44,339 nt of DNA from an uncultured Alistipes sp. (GCA_964612285.1 CAZTCM010000001.1:1-44339), one strand, 5' to 3'; counted from the stretch's first letter, positions 1-10,239 are shown. Notes: generated from the letters alone by a model not told the origin. Program-made: numbers and translations.

Positions 1-1242
1 GTGGGTAAAACCTCGCTCGGCAAGTCGGTGGCGGCGGCGTTGGGTCGTAAGTTCGGGCGCATCTCGCTCGGTGGTCTGCACGACGAGTCGGAGATTCGCG
101 GTCACCGTCGTACCTACATCGGTGCGATGCCGGGCCGCATCATTCAGACCATCAAACGGTGCGGTTCGTCGAATCCGGTCATCATCCTCGACGAGGTGGA
201 CAAACTCTCGATTTCGAACCACGGCGACCCGTCGAGTGCATTGTTGGAGGTGCTCGATCCCGAGCAGAACACCACCTTCCACGACAACTACATCGACATG
301 GAGTACGACCTCTCGAAGGTGCTCTTCATCGCTACGGCCAACAACATCCAGAACATCGCTCCGGCCCTGCGCGACCGTATGGAGATGATTAACATTCCGG
401 GCTACCTGATGGAGGAGAAGGTGCACATCGGGTTGGAGCACCTCCTGCAAAAGCAGCGCGAGGCACACGGCATCGCTCCCGAGGCGATGACCCTTTCGGC
501 CGAGGTGATGGAGCAGATTATTGCGGGCTACACGCGCGAGGCGGGTGTGCGTTCGCTCGACAAGCAGCTGGCCAAATTGGCGCGTGCGCGTGCCAAGCAG
601 ATTGCCTTCGAAGAGCAACCGAAGGCCGAATTTACGTCGGCCGATGTCGAACAGGTGCTCGGCATGCCGAAGTTCCTCAACGATGCGTATGAGGTGGGCG
701 GCATGGTGGGTGTCGTGACCGGCCTGGCATGGACCGAGGTGGGGGGTGATATCCTCTACATCGAGTCGGTGCTGACTCCGGGCAAGGGTACCATCAATTT
801 AACGGGTAACCTCGGCACGGTGATGAAGGAGTCGGCGACGATTGCCTTCGAGTGGGTCAAGGCCCACCACAAGGAGTTGGGTATCGACCCCGAGCAGTTC
901 GAGAAATGCGACATCAACATCCACGTTCCCGAAGGTGCCATCTCGAAGGATGGCCCCTCGGCCGGCATCACGATGGTGACCTCGATTGCCTCGACCTTCA
1001 CCGGGCGTCAAATCAAGGAGCGCATCGCCATGACGGGCGAGACGACGCTGCGTGGCCGTGTGCTGCCCGTGGGAGGGGTCAAGGAGAAGATTTTGGCGGC
1101 CAAGCGTGCCGGTATCACCGAAATTCTGCTCTCGGAGGACAACCGCAAGGATATTGCCGAGATTAAGGCCGATTATATCGAGGGCCTGACCTTCCACTAT
1201 GTGAAAACGAACAACGAGGTATTGCAGTTTGCACTGCTCTAA
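1..1242 (+). CDS. lon: ATP-dependent Lon protease, 3' part (5' end outside window)
   Basis: Walker A remnant [16 protein letters not shown], Walker [25 protein letters not shown], and the protease motif KDGPSAG with downstream GGVKEK. The ORF is open at the window edge. Confidence 0.97.
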   Translation: MGKTSLGKSVAAALGRKFGRISLGGLHDESEIRGHRRTYIGAMPGRIIQTIKRCGSSNPVIILDEVDKLSISNHGDPSSALLEVLDPEQNTTFHDNYIDMEYDLSKVLFIATANNIQNIAPALRDRMEMINIPGYLMEEKVHIGLEHLLQKQREAHGIAPEAMTLSAEVMEQIIAGYTREAGVRSLDKQLAKLARARAKQIAFEEQPKAEFTSADVEQVLGMPKFLNDAYEVGGMVGVVTGLAWTEVGGDILYIESVLTPGKGTINLTGNLGTVMKESATIAFEWVKAHHKELGIDPEQFEKCDINIHVPEGAISKDGPSAGITMVTSIASTFTGRQIKERIAMTGETTLRGRVLPVGGVKEKILAAKRAGITEILLSEDNRKDIAEIKADYIEGLTFHYVKTNNEVLQFALL

Positions 1243-1254
1243 AAACGTGTGCCT

Positions 1255-2013
1255 ATGAAATTTATCGCCATTATTCCGGCTCGCTATGCATCGACCCGCT
1301 TCCCGGGGAAACCTCTGGCCGTGCTGGGGGAAAAGCCGGTGATTCAGCGGGTCTATGAGCAGGTTGCAGGGGTGCTCGACGAGGTGGTGGTGGCTACCGA
1401 CGACGAGCGTATCTACGCAACCGTGAAGGCCTTTGGCGGCAAGGTCGAGATGACCTCGACCGAGCACCGCAGCGGTACGGACCGTTGCTGGGAGGCCTAC
1501 TGCAAGCAGGGTGCATCGTTCGACGTGGTGGTCAATGTGCAGGGCGACGAGCCCTTCATTCGGGCTGCACAACTCGAAGCACTGAAAGGGTGTTTCGACG
1601 ACCCCGCCACCGACATTGCCACGCTCGTGAAACCCTTTACGGAGGCCGACGGATTGGCCGCTCTCGAAAATCCCAACTCTCCGAAGGTGGTGGTCGATGC
1701 GTCGCATCGGGCTCTCTACTTCTCGCGTTCGGTGATTCCCTACCTGCGCAATGTGCCGCGCGAGGAGTGGCTCGCCAAGCACACCTTCTACAAGCACATC
1801 GGCATCTACGCCTTCCGCACCGAGGCTTTACGGGCGGTGACGGCGCTCGCGCAGTCGTCGCTCGAAGTGGCCGAGTCGCTCGAACAGCTGCGGTGGTTGG
1901 AGAATGGCTATAAAATAGGTGTCGGCGTCACCGAGATGGAGACCATCGGTATTGATACGCCCGAGGATTTGGCGCGTGCCGAGGCCTTTCTGGCGTCGAT
2001 GCAGGGACGGTAA
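1255..2013 (+). CDS. kdsB: 3-deoxy-manno-octulosonate cytidylyltransferase (CMP-Kdo synthetase)
   Basis: IIPARYASTRFPGKPL, SGTDR, VNVQGDEP, ALYFSR, HIGIY, LEQLRWLENG and GIDTPEDL motifs. ATG at 1255 preferred over GTG at 1249. Confidence 0.96.
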   Translation: MKFIAIIPARYASTRFPGKPLAVLGEKPVIQRVYEQVAGVLDEVVVATDDERIYATVKAFGGKVEMTSTEHRSGTDRCWEAYCKQGASFDVVVNVQGDEPFIRAAQLEALKGCFDDPATDIATLVKPFTEADGLAALENPNSPKVVVDASHRALYFSRSVIPYLRNVPREEWLAKHTFYKHIGIYAFRTEALRAVTALAQSSLEVAESLEQLRWLENGYKIGVGVTEMETIGIDTPEDLARAEAFLASMQGR

Positions 2014-2102
2014 AACTGACACCGATAGCGCATCTTTCGTCGGGAAACGGGGCTGCTGCAAAAAAAAGAGGACGCAAATCGACGAATTTACAAACAAATG
2101 TG

Positions 2103-2110
2103 TATCTTTG
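2103..2110 (+). promoter_or_regulatory. Bacteroidota sigma-A -7 element (TATCTTTG) for the HTCS gene
   Basis: Exact TAnnTTTG match about 20 bp before the start codon. No clear -33 TTTG. Confidence 0.6.
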
Positions 2111-2131
2111 TCTGATGCGTAAATCCCATCC

Positions 2132-5100
2132 GTGATGAAACCGATGTTGCGAAGACTTTTTTTTGGTGCATGGTGCCTGCTCGCAGGGGTCGGGCATGCG
2201 GTGGCGCAGTCGCAACTCGGCATGGAGGATTACTCCTACCGCCTCTCCGAACACATGGTGACCGACATCTGTCAGGATGCACGCGGCTTTTTGTGGTTTG
2301 CGACCTGGAACGGGCTGCATCGTTTCGACGGCTACGAATTCAAGAACTACAAAACTTACCCGGGCGAGGAGTGTGTGATGACCTCGAATCGTCTGCTGAT
2401 GATTCGTGAGAATCGGAGCGGCAACATCTGGTGTCTCGACTACGACCACAACGGCTACCTCTTCAATCCGCGCGAAGAGCGCTTCTACCACTTGCGCATG
2501 CAGGAGCCCCAAAGCCCGATTCGAAACATCTTCTGCTGCGCCGACAGCACCACCTACATTACGACAAAGGACCGTCTTCTGTACATCGACGAGCGTCGCT
2601 TCAATGCCGCCACGCGGGAGGGAATGGTCGAACTCCCCTTTGCGGCTGACGAGGGTGGATTGGGCGCACGGCGCGTGGTCGATGTGGTGCATCCGACGGG
2701 GAGCCGTCCGTGGATTGTGACCGACAACGCCCTGGTGCAACTCGGCGAGCGCATCCCGATTCCCGAAAAGGAGGGGGCGATATTGGTGGCGACGAGTTGT
2801 GCCGAACGCATCTATCTGGTGACCGCCAACGGCCGTTTGGCCACCTTTATCCCTGCCAAGCGGAGTTTCGAGTGGGAGCAGCTGCCCATCGCGATTCAGA
2901 GTGCCCACTTCCTGCGGGCCGTCGATGCGGAGCAGATTGCCCTCGGTACCGACCGCGGTCTGCTGCTCTATGCCCCCTATCGGCGCCACTTCACCCACCT
3001 CGATCCGGCACAAAGCGGCTGCGGCAGCAGCAACGTCGTAGATTTCTACTGCGACAAACACCACAATCATTGGATGCACACCGACAAGGTAGGCGTGGTG
3101 CGACACGACCCTGCGACGGGGGAGATGCAGCACCTCGTCACTGCACCCGAGGATATTCCGACCACCTCGGCCACCAACACCACGCTCTGCTTCGAGGATT
3201 GGCAGGGGACTCTGTGGGTGATGCCGCGTGGAGGCGGGTTGGGGTGGTTCGACCGCAAGACGAAACGCCTGCAACCCTACTGCGCCGAGATGCAGCAGCC
3301 CGCAACCAAATTTTCGCCGGCCATCATTTTCTCCTACCTCGACCGCCAAGGCAACCTGTGGTATACGGGAGTCTCGGGCCTCTTTCGGCTCTCCTTCTCG
3401 GCCGCCAATATTCGGCACCGCAACCTCGACAAGAATTTCGAGACCCGTGCGTTGATGAACGACCTCAACGGGCGTCTGTGGGTGGCGACCAAGAAGGGCT
3501 ACATTCGCATCTACAATGCCGACGAGACGCTGGCCGGCTACCTCGCACCGGATGGGCATATCCGCAAACACCCCTGCCGCTTCGAGGGCAATGTCTACTG
3601 TTTCTTCGAGGACCACAAAGGCGCCATCTGGATGGGTACCCGTCTGCACGGCCTGGTGCGTCTCGACCCCATCAACGAGCAGGCCTATCGGGTGACGCGC
3701 TATCAACACGACCCGATGGAGCGCTACTCCCTCAGCGGCAACAGCATCTACGACCTCTTCGAGGATAGTCACAACCGACTGTGGGTCTGCACCTATGGCG
3801 GGGGTATCAACTGCATTCAGTCCGACGACGCGGGGCAGATTCGCTTTCTGCATGCGGGCAACGAGTTGACGAATTGGCCCATCGAGCAGTGCTACAACAC
3901 GCGCCAAATCGTCGAGCGCCAGGGGGTTCTCTTGGTGGGTACAACGGCCGGATTGGTCACCTTTGCAGCCGATTTCGACGACCCGCGTGCGATACGTTTC
4001 TACCGCAACTACCTGCAACCGAACGAGTCGTCGTGTCTGCCGGCCAACGACGTACACTCGATATTTACCGACAGTCGGGGTGACAGCTATGTGATGAGTT
4101 TTGCGGGGGGCGTCAGCCGCATTCTCTCGGAGGAACTCCTGACCGAACACATCCGCTTCCATAATTACAGCAGCAAGGATGGTTTGAGTTCGGAACTCTC
4201 GCATACGATGGTCGAAGATGGTCAGGGGATGCTCTGGATTATCTACGAGAATGCCATCGACCGCTTCAACCCCCGCAGCCATGAGTTTGAGCACTATGGC
4301 GATGTGCGTCACGCCTACACCGAAGCCCGTCCGGTCTTTCATGGCGACCATCTGGTGGTGGGTACGGCCAACGGACTGGCCTACCTCCAGACACGCTCCT
4401 TGAAAAAGAGCGACTATGTGCCCCCGATTGCTCTTTCGTCGCTCACGATTCAAAATACGGGCGAGGAGCGGATGATTGACCATCTCGATTGCTTGGAGCT
4501 GCACCCCCATCAGCGCGACATCCAGCTGAGTGTCGCGGCACTCGACTATGCCGATCGCGACGGGTTGCGCTACGCCTGGCGCATGAAGGGGTTGGAGACG
4601 GAGTGGCACCACAGCAAAGGACAGCCGATAGCCTCCTACACCAACCTGCCGGCGGGCGAATATTTTTTTGAGGTCTACTCGACCAATAGCGACGGTGTGT
4701 GGGTCGAGAATCTGCGCACGTTGAAGGTTGCAGTGCTGCCCACCTTCTGGGAGACACCGCTGGCCATCGTGCTGCTGATTGTGGTGACGCTGGCCCTCCT
4801 CTTGGGAGCAATTCAGCTGCGTCTGCACATCTTCCGCCTGCGCAACCGGATTGATGTCGAACAACACATGACAGACATCAAACTGCGTTTCTTCACCGAC
4901 GTATCGCACGAACTGCGCACACCGTTGACGCTCATCGCCTCGCCCGTCGACGAGGTGCTGCAACACGAAACCCTCTCGGAGCGCGGGCGGTATCACCTGC
5001 AAATCGTCTCGCAGAACACGCAGCGCATGTTGCGACTGATTAACCAGATTCTCGACTTCCGCAAAATTGAAAATGGCAAGATGCGCCTGCTCATTGAACG

Positions 5101-6454
5101 GTGTGATGTGGGGGTACTCACGGAGCGAATTGCCGAAAATTTCCGTCCGATGGCTCTGCGCCAGCGCAACGATTTTACACTGAACCTGCCCGAGCGTGGC
5201 GTGATGGGGTGGATCGACCGCGACAAGGTGGAGGAAATTTGCTTCAACCTGCTCTCCAATGCCTTCAAATACACGCCCGAAGGAAGGGGTGTATCGATTG
5301 ATATTCAGGTTGTTGAGAATGTTGAGGGGGGGGGTATTCTGGAAGTCGTGGTCTCCGACGAGGGCATCGGCATGGATGAACGCATGCAGGCCAAACTCTT
5401 CCGTCGTTTCGAGAATATCGTAGGCGCCACGAACTTCCCCTCGTCGGGCATCGGTTTGTCGCTCGTCAAGGAGCTCATCGACCTGATGGGAGGCCGTATT
5501 GCGGTGGCAAGCACCCCGGGGGTGGGCTCCTGCTTCACGGTAAGCATCCCCATCGATCGCAACCACTACGAGCAAATGCCCCATGCCGAGTTGATTTTGG
5601 GCGACACTCCGCGTGTAGGGGAGGAGGCCCTTGCCGTTCCGGCGACTGCCTCTGCCGAGCCGCGTGCCGAGCAACCGAAGGTGCTCATCGTCGAGGATAA
5701 TCGCGAGTTGAGCGACCTGCTGCGCGATATTCTTTCGGCCGAGTACCGCATCCTCACCGCCGCAAATGGTGCAGAGGGGTTGCAGGCGGCCCGCGAACAC
5801 CTCCCCGACCTGATTCTGACCGATGTGATGATGCCCGAGATGGATGGGTTGGAGATGGTGCGCCAAATCAAGGAGAATCGTGAGTTGTGTCACCTGCCCA
5901 TCATTGTCCTTTCGGCCAAATCGTCGCTCGACGACCGCATCGAGGGGTTGGAGCAGGGCATCGACGACTACATCACCAAACCCTTCGTCGCCTCCTACCT
6001 CAAAGTGCGTATCCGCCACCTGTTGGAGCGTCATCGCCAGCTGTGCGAACAGTTGCGCGAGCAACTGACCGGCAACCACTTTGCTGCGGGGGATCGATTG
6101 ACGCCCGAAGGCGATGCTCCGCGCATGTCGTCTGACGAACAATTTATTCGGGCGCTGATGGCGCTTATCGAGCAGAATATCGACCGCGCGGAGATGACCA
6201 TCGAGGAGTATGCCTTCGCACTGAATATGGCTCACTCGACCTTCTACAACAAGGTCAAAACCCTTCTGGGACTCACGCCCGTCGAGTTTGTTCGCGACAT
6301 GCGTCTGAAACGGGGCTATCAGTTGCTGCAAAGCGGCACCTATGACATCATGACGGTGAGCTACATGGTGGGTTTCTCCGACCCGCGCTATTTCAGCAAA
6401 TGCTTCAAAAAACGCTTCGGAATCTCCCCTTCGCAGGTGCGGGTGAGTGAGTGA
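2132..6454 (+). CDS. Hybrid two-component sensor-regulator (periplasmic beta-propeller and Y_Y_Y sensor, His kinase, receiver, AraC HTH)
   Basis: Signal peptide, GFLWFATWNGL-type propeller repeats, YTNLPAGEY (Y_Y_Y), TM helix after PTFW, VSHELRTPLT, NLLSNAFKYT, SGIGL, LILTDVMMP, and C-terminal YMVGFSDPRYFSKCFKKRFG. The start may be ATG at 2135. Confidence 0.95.
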   Translation: MMKPMLRRLFFGAWCLLAGVGHAVAQSQLGMEDYSYRLSEHMVTDICQDARGFLWFATWNGLHRFDGYEFKNYKTYPGEECVMTSNRLLMIRENRSGNIWCLDYDHNGYLFNPREERFYHLRMQEPQSPIRNIFCCADSTTYITTKDRLLYIDERRFNAATREGMVELPFAADEGGLGARRVVDVVHPTGSRPWIVTDNALVQLGERIPIPEKEGAILVATSCAERIYLVTANGRLATFIPAKRSFEWEQLPIAIQSAHFLRAVDAEQIALGTDRGLLLYAPYRRHFTHLDPAQSGCGSSNVVDFYCDKHHNHWMHTDKVGVVRHDPATGEMQHLVTAPEDIPTTSATNTTLCFEDWQGTLWVMPRGGGLGWFDRKTKRLQPYCAEMQQPATKFSPAIIFSYLDRQGNLWYTGVSGLFRLSFSAANIRHRNLDKNFETRALMNDLNGRLWVATKKGYIRIYNADETLAGYLAPDGHIRKHPCRFEGNVYCFFEDHKGAIWMGTRLHGLVRLDPINEQAYRVTRYQHDPMERYSLSGNSIYDLFEDSHNRLWVCTYGGGINCIQSDDAGQIRFLHAGNELTNWPIEQCYNTRQIVERQGVLLVGTTAGLVTFAADFDDPRAIRFYRNYLQPNESSCLPANDVHSIFTDSRGDSYVMSFAGGVSRILSEELLTEHIRFHNYSSKDGLSSELSHTMVEDGQGMLWIIYENAIDRFNPRSHEFEHYGDVRHAYTEARPVFHGDHLVVGTANGLAYLQTRSLKKSDYVPPIALSSLTIQNTGEERMIDHLDCLELHPHQRDIQLSVAALDYADRDGLRYAWRMKGLETEWHHSKGQPIASYTNLPAGEYFFEVYSTNSDGVWVENLRTLKVAVLPTFWETPLAIVLLIVVTLALLLGAIQLRLHIFRLRNRIDVEQHMTDIKLRFFTDVSHELRTPLTLIASPVDEVLQHETLSERGRYHLQIVSQNTQRMLRLINQILDFRKIENGKMRLLIERCDVGVLTERIAENFRPMALRQRNDFTLNLPERGVMGWIDRDKVEEICFNLLSNAFKYTPEGRGVSIDIQVVENVEGGGILEVVVSDEGIGMDERMQAKLFRRFENIVGATNFPSSGIGLSLVKELIDLMGGRIAVASTPGVGSCFTVSIPIDRNHYEQMPHAELILGDTPRVGEEALAVPATASAEPRAEQPKVLIVEDNRELSDLLRDILSAEYRILTAANGAEGLQAAREHLPDLILTDVMMPEMDGLEMVRQIKENRELCHLPIIVLSAKSSLDDRIEGLEQGIDDYITKPFVASYLKVRIRHLLERHRQLCEQLREQLTGNHFAAGDRLTPEGDAPRMSSDEQFIRALMALIEQNIDRAEMTIEEYAFALNMAHSTFYNKVKTLLGLTPVEFVRDMRLKRGYQLLQSGTYDIMTVSYMVGFSDPRYFSKCFKKRFGISPSQVRVSE

Positions 6455-6492
6455 TTCGTTTGAGGCAATGATGCGGATCGCCGCACAAGGTG

Positions 6493-7272
6493 CTACCGCC
6501 CTTCGAGCCAGGCCAGGAAATCGGTCGTGCGCGAACGGCTGACGAAGACCTCGAAATCGGGTTTCGGGTTGAGGGTCACCTTCAAGCGATTGGAGGGGTG
6601 CTTCGAGATGCCTGAAATCGCCTCGACGGCTACGGTACAGTGGCGCGAGATGCGGAAAAAGCGCGTGGGGTCGAGCTGCTCGGAGACCGTGTCGAGCGAC
6701 GCATCGAGGATGTAGCTGCGCTGCTCGTTGGTCACCAGGTGCGTGCTCTTATCCTCGGCGTAGATGTAGGCCACCTGCGCAATGTCGATGACCGAGAGAC
6801 GGTCGCCAAATTTCACCACAAAACGTCGTTTGTAGTTGTTGGCCCCCTCGGGGGTCAGGGCCCGTCGTAACGATTCGAGGTCGAAGGCGGGGTGTGACGG
6901 GGTCACAGCGGCCTGCCGACAGCGTTGGATGGCCGCTTGCAGCTGCTCGGGGTCGATGGGTTTGAGCAGGTAATCGACGCTGTTGACGCGGAAGGCCTTG
7001 ACGGCGTAGTTGTCATAAGCCGTGGTGATGATGACCTTGCCACGCACCTCCACCTGCTGGAAAATATCGAAGCACATGCCATCTTCGAGCTCGACATCCA
7101 TAAAGATGATGTCGGCCCGATGGGTTGTCTGCTGCAACCAGGCGACCGCCCCCTGCACCGAGCTGCATACACCGACCACTTGCAGGTCGGGGTGGCTCTT
7201 TTCGAGCATGCGTTGCAGGTTGGCCTGTGCCGGCACCTCATCTTCGATGATCAAGACATTGTAACGGTTCAT
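6493..7272 (-). CDS. LytTR-family response regulator
   Basis: IIEDE, IFMDVEL, TTAYDNYA and DYLLKP in the receiver domain; FFRISR and VSRSR in the LytTR domain. The start overlaps the kinase stop (ATGA). Confidence 0.95.
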   Translation of the reverse strand: MNRYNVLIIEDEVPAQANLQRMLEKSHPDLQVVGVCSSVQGAVAWLQQTTHRADIIFMDVELEDGMCFDIFQQVEVRGKVIITTAYDNYAVKAFRVNSVDYLLKPIDPEQLQAAIQRCRQAAVTPSHPAFDLESLRRALTPEGANNYKRRFVVKFGDRLSVIDIAQVAYIYAEDKSTHLVTNEQRSYILDASLDTVSEQLDPTRFFRISRHCTVAVEAISGISKHPSNRLKVTLNPKPDFEVFVSRSRTTDFLAWLEGR

Positions 7273-8645
7273 AAGAGCGGTAGTTGGACAGTGTATTCGG
7301 TTTCGGTTGGTTCGATGCGTATGGAGCGGCCGGCCAAATCTTCGTACTGCCGGCGAATGTGTTTCAACCCCATGCCTGTGGAGGTGTGGGTGCTGAGGCG
7401 CGGTTGCAGGTTGTTGGTGACCGTCAGCGTGTCACCCTCGGCGCGAATCGTGACCGTCAGCGGGCGCTCGGTGCTGATGACGTTGTGTTTCGTGGCGTTC
7501 TCGATGAGCAGTTGCAGGCAGCAGGGGATGACCAACCGCGCGTGGGCGGCCGGCGGCACCTCATAACATACCGAGAAGCCGTTGGTGAAGCGCTCCTGCA
7601 ACAATTCGGTATATTTGTGGGCAAACTCCAACTCCTCGCCGAGCGAGACGAGGGGCTCCTCCTCGGTTTTGAGCATGTAGCGATAGCAGTCGGCCAGCTT
7701 GCGGATGAAGGCCGTGGCGCGTTCGGTCTCCTGCTCCTGCACGAGGAAGTCGAGAATGTTGAGCGAGTTGAAGAGGAAATGGGGGTTGATTTGCAGCTTC
7801 AACTTGTTGTATTGGAATTGTGCGAGGTGTTTCTTGCCGCGCTCGCTACGCAACTCGGCCTTCGAGATGAAGAGGTAGGCGACGAGTTTGAAGAGGGCGT
7901 AGAGGATGATGTCGGCCAGGAGAATGACGGCATAGAGGCGCAGGAAGGGGAGGAGCAAAAAGGTGCGCTCGTTGCCAATCGGGAAGTTGAAATAGACCAG
8001 CAGCGATACCACGAGCGAGAATCCGACGATGTGCAGGAGAGTGCCGAGGTGGCGCAACTCGGGGTGTCCGAAGGGCTCGCGTCGGCGCAGGCTGGCAAAG
8101 AATACGTTGCCGCAGAGCAGTACGAGCAGGGCGAACTTGTTGCCGAAGAGTTGGCGAAATTCGGTGTAGATGCCCGTTTGCAGGTAGTACTCAGAGCTGA
8201 AAATCAGTGTGTAGGAGATACGGAAGAGCAGAATGAGTGAGGCGAGGGCCACAATCTGCGAGAGGGGAGGAGTCCAATGGGGTTGCACCTCTTGGTGGGC
8301 ACGTCGGAAGCGGGCAAAGGCATAGACGGCCCAGCCGAGCAACTCGGTGAAGAGGGCCGTGGTGAGGGCCGAGGCGATGATGGGGTCGCTGACGACCAAC
8401 GCAACCATGCGGGCTCCGTAGCTGCCGAGGAAGTAGCCGGCGAAGGTGCCGACGAGCGAGAGGATGGCAATGAGCTCGGCTTGGAGGTGGTGGCGCAGGG
8501 CGATGATGACAATCAGAGCGACGGTGAGGACCGTGAGCGGCACGTCGTCGACATAGTTCACCAGACGGCTCACGACGGCAATGGCGGCATGGGCTGCCGC
8601 GAAAAGATGGATGACCATCGGGGTGGTGAGCGTTGTGCGTTTCAT
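7269..8645 (-). CDS. LytS/YehU-type membrane histidine kinase
   Basis: Multi-TM N-terminus, LKLQINPHFLFNSLN, LQLLIENATKHN and GMGLKHI motifs. Confidence 0.93.
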   Translation of the reverse strand: MKRTTLTTPMVIHLFAAAHAAIAVVSRLVNYVDDVPLTVLTVALIVIIALRHHLQAELIAILSLVGTFAGYFLGSYGARMVALVVSDPIIASALTTALFTELLGWAVYAFARFRRAHQEVQPHWTPPLSQIVALASLILLFRISYTLIFSSEYYLQTGIYTEFRQLFGNKFALLVLLCGNVFFASLRRREPFGHPELRHLGTLLHIVGFSLVVSLLVYFNFPIGNERTFLLLPFLRLYAVILLADIILYALFKLVAYLFISKAELRSERGKKHLAQFQYNKLKLQINPHFLFNSLNILDFLVQEQETERATAFIRKLADCYRYMLKTEEEPLVSLGEELEFAHKYTELLQERFTNGFSVCYEVPPAAHARLVIPCCLQLLIENATKHNVISTERPLTVTIRAEGDTLTVTNNLQPRLSTHTSTGMGLKHIRRQYEDLAGRSIRIEPTETEYTVQLPLL

Positions 8646-8670
8646 CGGTCAGAAGGGTCAATTCGAAGAA

Positions 8671-8702
8671 TAAAGGTAGGTAGATTTTGTGGTTTTTGCA
8701 AA
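8671..8702 (-). promoter_or_regulatory. Putative promoter of the kinase/LytTR operon (TTTG-N20-TACCTTTA)
   Basis: Near-consensus -33/-7 pair on the minus strand, just upstream of the kinase ATG. Confidence 0.55.
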
Positions 8703-8742
8703 TATTTTTCTCTTTTCTGCTCGAATGGAGGCTGCGCGAGCC

Positions 8743-8793
8743 TGTTTCGTCCGTTGCATTTTACCATTCGTCGTTTTGCTCGTGCCGTTCGTC
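8743..8793 (+). promoter_or_regulatory. Three direct repeats with 21-bp period (TGTTTCGTC, CCATTCGTC, CCGTTCGTC); putative LytTR operator
   Basis: The TTCGTC core starts at 8746, 8767 and 8788. The 9-bp repeats have 12-bp spacers and lie directly upstream of the promoter at 8802-8833. Confidence 0.7.
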
Positions 8794-8801
8794 GGAAGGG
8801 A

Positions 8802-8833
8802 ATTGGCGATTTCTCGACCTATTTCTATTTTTG
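8802..8833 (+). promoter_or_regulatory. Putative promoter of the MFS-sus operon (ATTG-N20-TATTTTTG)
   Basis: TAnnTTTG at 8826-8833 with a degenerate -33 box at the expected spacing. Confidence 0.65.
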
Positions 8834-8873
8834 TATGCCAAAAACCGAAAACTGACTAATTGTAACCTAACAG

Positions 8874-10184
8874 ATGAGAAAACCCGACCTGTCTTTCCGG
8901 CAGCTGTGGAACCTGAGCTTCGGCTTCTTCGGTGTGCAGATTGCCTATGCGCTGCAAAGCGCCAACGTCAGCCGCATCTTTGCAACACTCGGTGCTGACC
9001 CCCACGATTTGAGTTTTTTCTGGATTCTGCCCCCGCTGATGGGGATGATTGTCCAGCCGCTGGTCGGCACTTGGAGCGATAAGACCTGGTGCCGCTGGGG
9101 GCGTCGCAAGCCCTACCTCTATGCCGGAGCGTTGGTGGCCGTAGCCGTGATGGCCTTCCTGCCCAATGCCGGCTCGCTGGGGCTGACCGTCAAGATGGCC
9201 ATGGCCTTCGGACTGGTGATGCTCATGCTGCTCGACACCTCTATTAATATGGCGATGCAGCCCTTCAAGATGATGGTGGGCGACATGGTCAACGAGCGAC
9301 AAAAGGCCAAAGCCTACTCGATTCAGAGCATGCTGTGCAACGCCGGCTCGCTCGTGGGCTACCTCTTCCCCTATCTCTTCACCTGGATCGGTATCTCGAA
9401 CGTCGCCCCCGAGGGGGTGATTCCCGATTCGGTCATCTACTCCTTCTATGTGGGTGCCACCATCCTGATTCTGTGTGTGCTCTACACCGGTTCGACCGTG
9501 CGCGAGATGCCGCCGCACGAGTATGCCGCCTTCCACAACCTGACCGAGAAGGAGGAGGCCGAGGAGGAGAAGAAGAGCCTCGTGACGCTGCTCGTGCAGG
9601 CTCCGAAGGCCTTCTGGCAGATTGGTCTGGTGCAGTTCTTCTCGTGGGTGGCCTTCCTCTACATGTGGACCTACACAAATGGTGCCATCGCTGAGACCAT
9701 CTGGCAGACGCGTGACACAGCTTCGGCTGCCTATCAGGCTGCCGGTGACTGGGTGGGCGTGTTGTTTGCCGTACAGGCCATCGGCTCGGTTCTCTGGGCC
9801 ATGGTGCTGCCCCTGTTCCGCAACGTGAAGGCGGGCTATGCGTTTAGTCTGGTGCTTGGTGGCGTGGGCTTTATCTCCACCCTCTTTATCACCGACCAAT
9901 ACCTCTTGTTTATCTCCTACCTGCTGATTGGTTGCGCATGGGCGGCTATGCTGGCCATGCCCTTTGCGCTGCTGACCAACGCACTCACGGGCGGCTCGAT
10001 GGGGGCCTACCTCGGCCTGTTCAACTGCACGATTTGCCTGCCGCAAATCATCGCTGCGTTGCTGGGCGGGGTGCTGCTGAAATGGGTCGGCGGCGAGCAG
10101 GTGATGATGCTTGTCGTGGCAGGTGTGGCGCTGCTCATCGCTGCCGTAGCCGTCGCCGGCATTCGCACGAAAAAGGAGGCTTAG
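8874..10184 (+). CDS. MFS maltose/maltooligosaccharide transporter (sucrose-transporter-like family)
   Basis: LWNLSFGFFGVQIAYALQ, QPLVGTWSD, GRRKPY, NMAMQPF and GLFNCTICLPQI motifs; about 12 TM segments; first gene of the starch locus. Confidence 0.9.
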   Translation: MRKPDLSFRQLWNLSFGFFGVQIAYALQSANVSRIFATLGADPHDLSFFWILPPLMGMIVQPLVGTWSDKTWCRWGRRKPYLYAGALVAVAVMAFLPNAGSLGLTVKMAMAFGLVMLMLLDTSINMAMQPFKMMVGDMVNERQKAKAYSIQSMLCNAGSLVGYLFPYLFTWIGISNVAPEGVIPDSVIYSFYVGATILILCVLYTGSTVREMPPHEYAAFHNLTEKEEAEEEKKSLVTLLVQAPKAFWQIGLVQFFSWVAFLYMWTYTNGAIAETIWQTRDTASAAYQAAGDWVGVLFAVQAIGSVLWAMVLPLFRNVKAGYAFSLVLGGVGFISTLFITDQYLLFISYLLIGCAWAAMLAMPFALLTNALTGGSMGAYLGLFNCTICLPQIIAALLGGVLLKWVGGEQVMMLVVAGVALLIAAVAVAGIRTKKEA

Positions 10185-10239
10185 GACTCGAAAACAATCA
10201 AAATACCTAAAATAAATTAATCAACTAACACTAAGTGCT

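Noticed and set aside
1928..6331. 1467-aa antisense ORF, and similar long antisense ORFs at 10231-13296, 15028-19896, 22424-24460, 25905-27722, 33994-36030, 39027-40607 and 40647-43475
   Set aside because: They shadow well-supported genes on the opposite strand and carry no recognisable motifs. G/C-ending codon bias depletes antisense stop codons.
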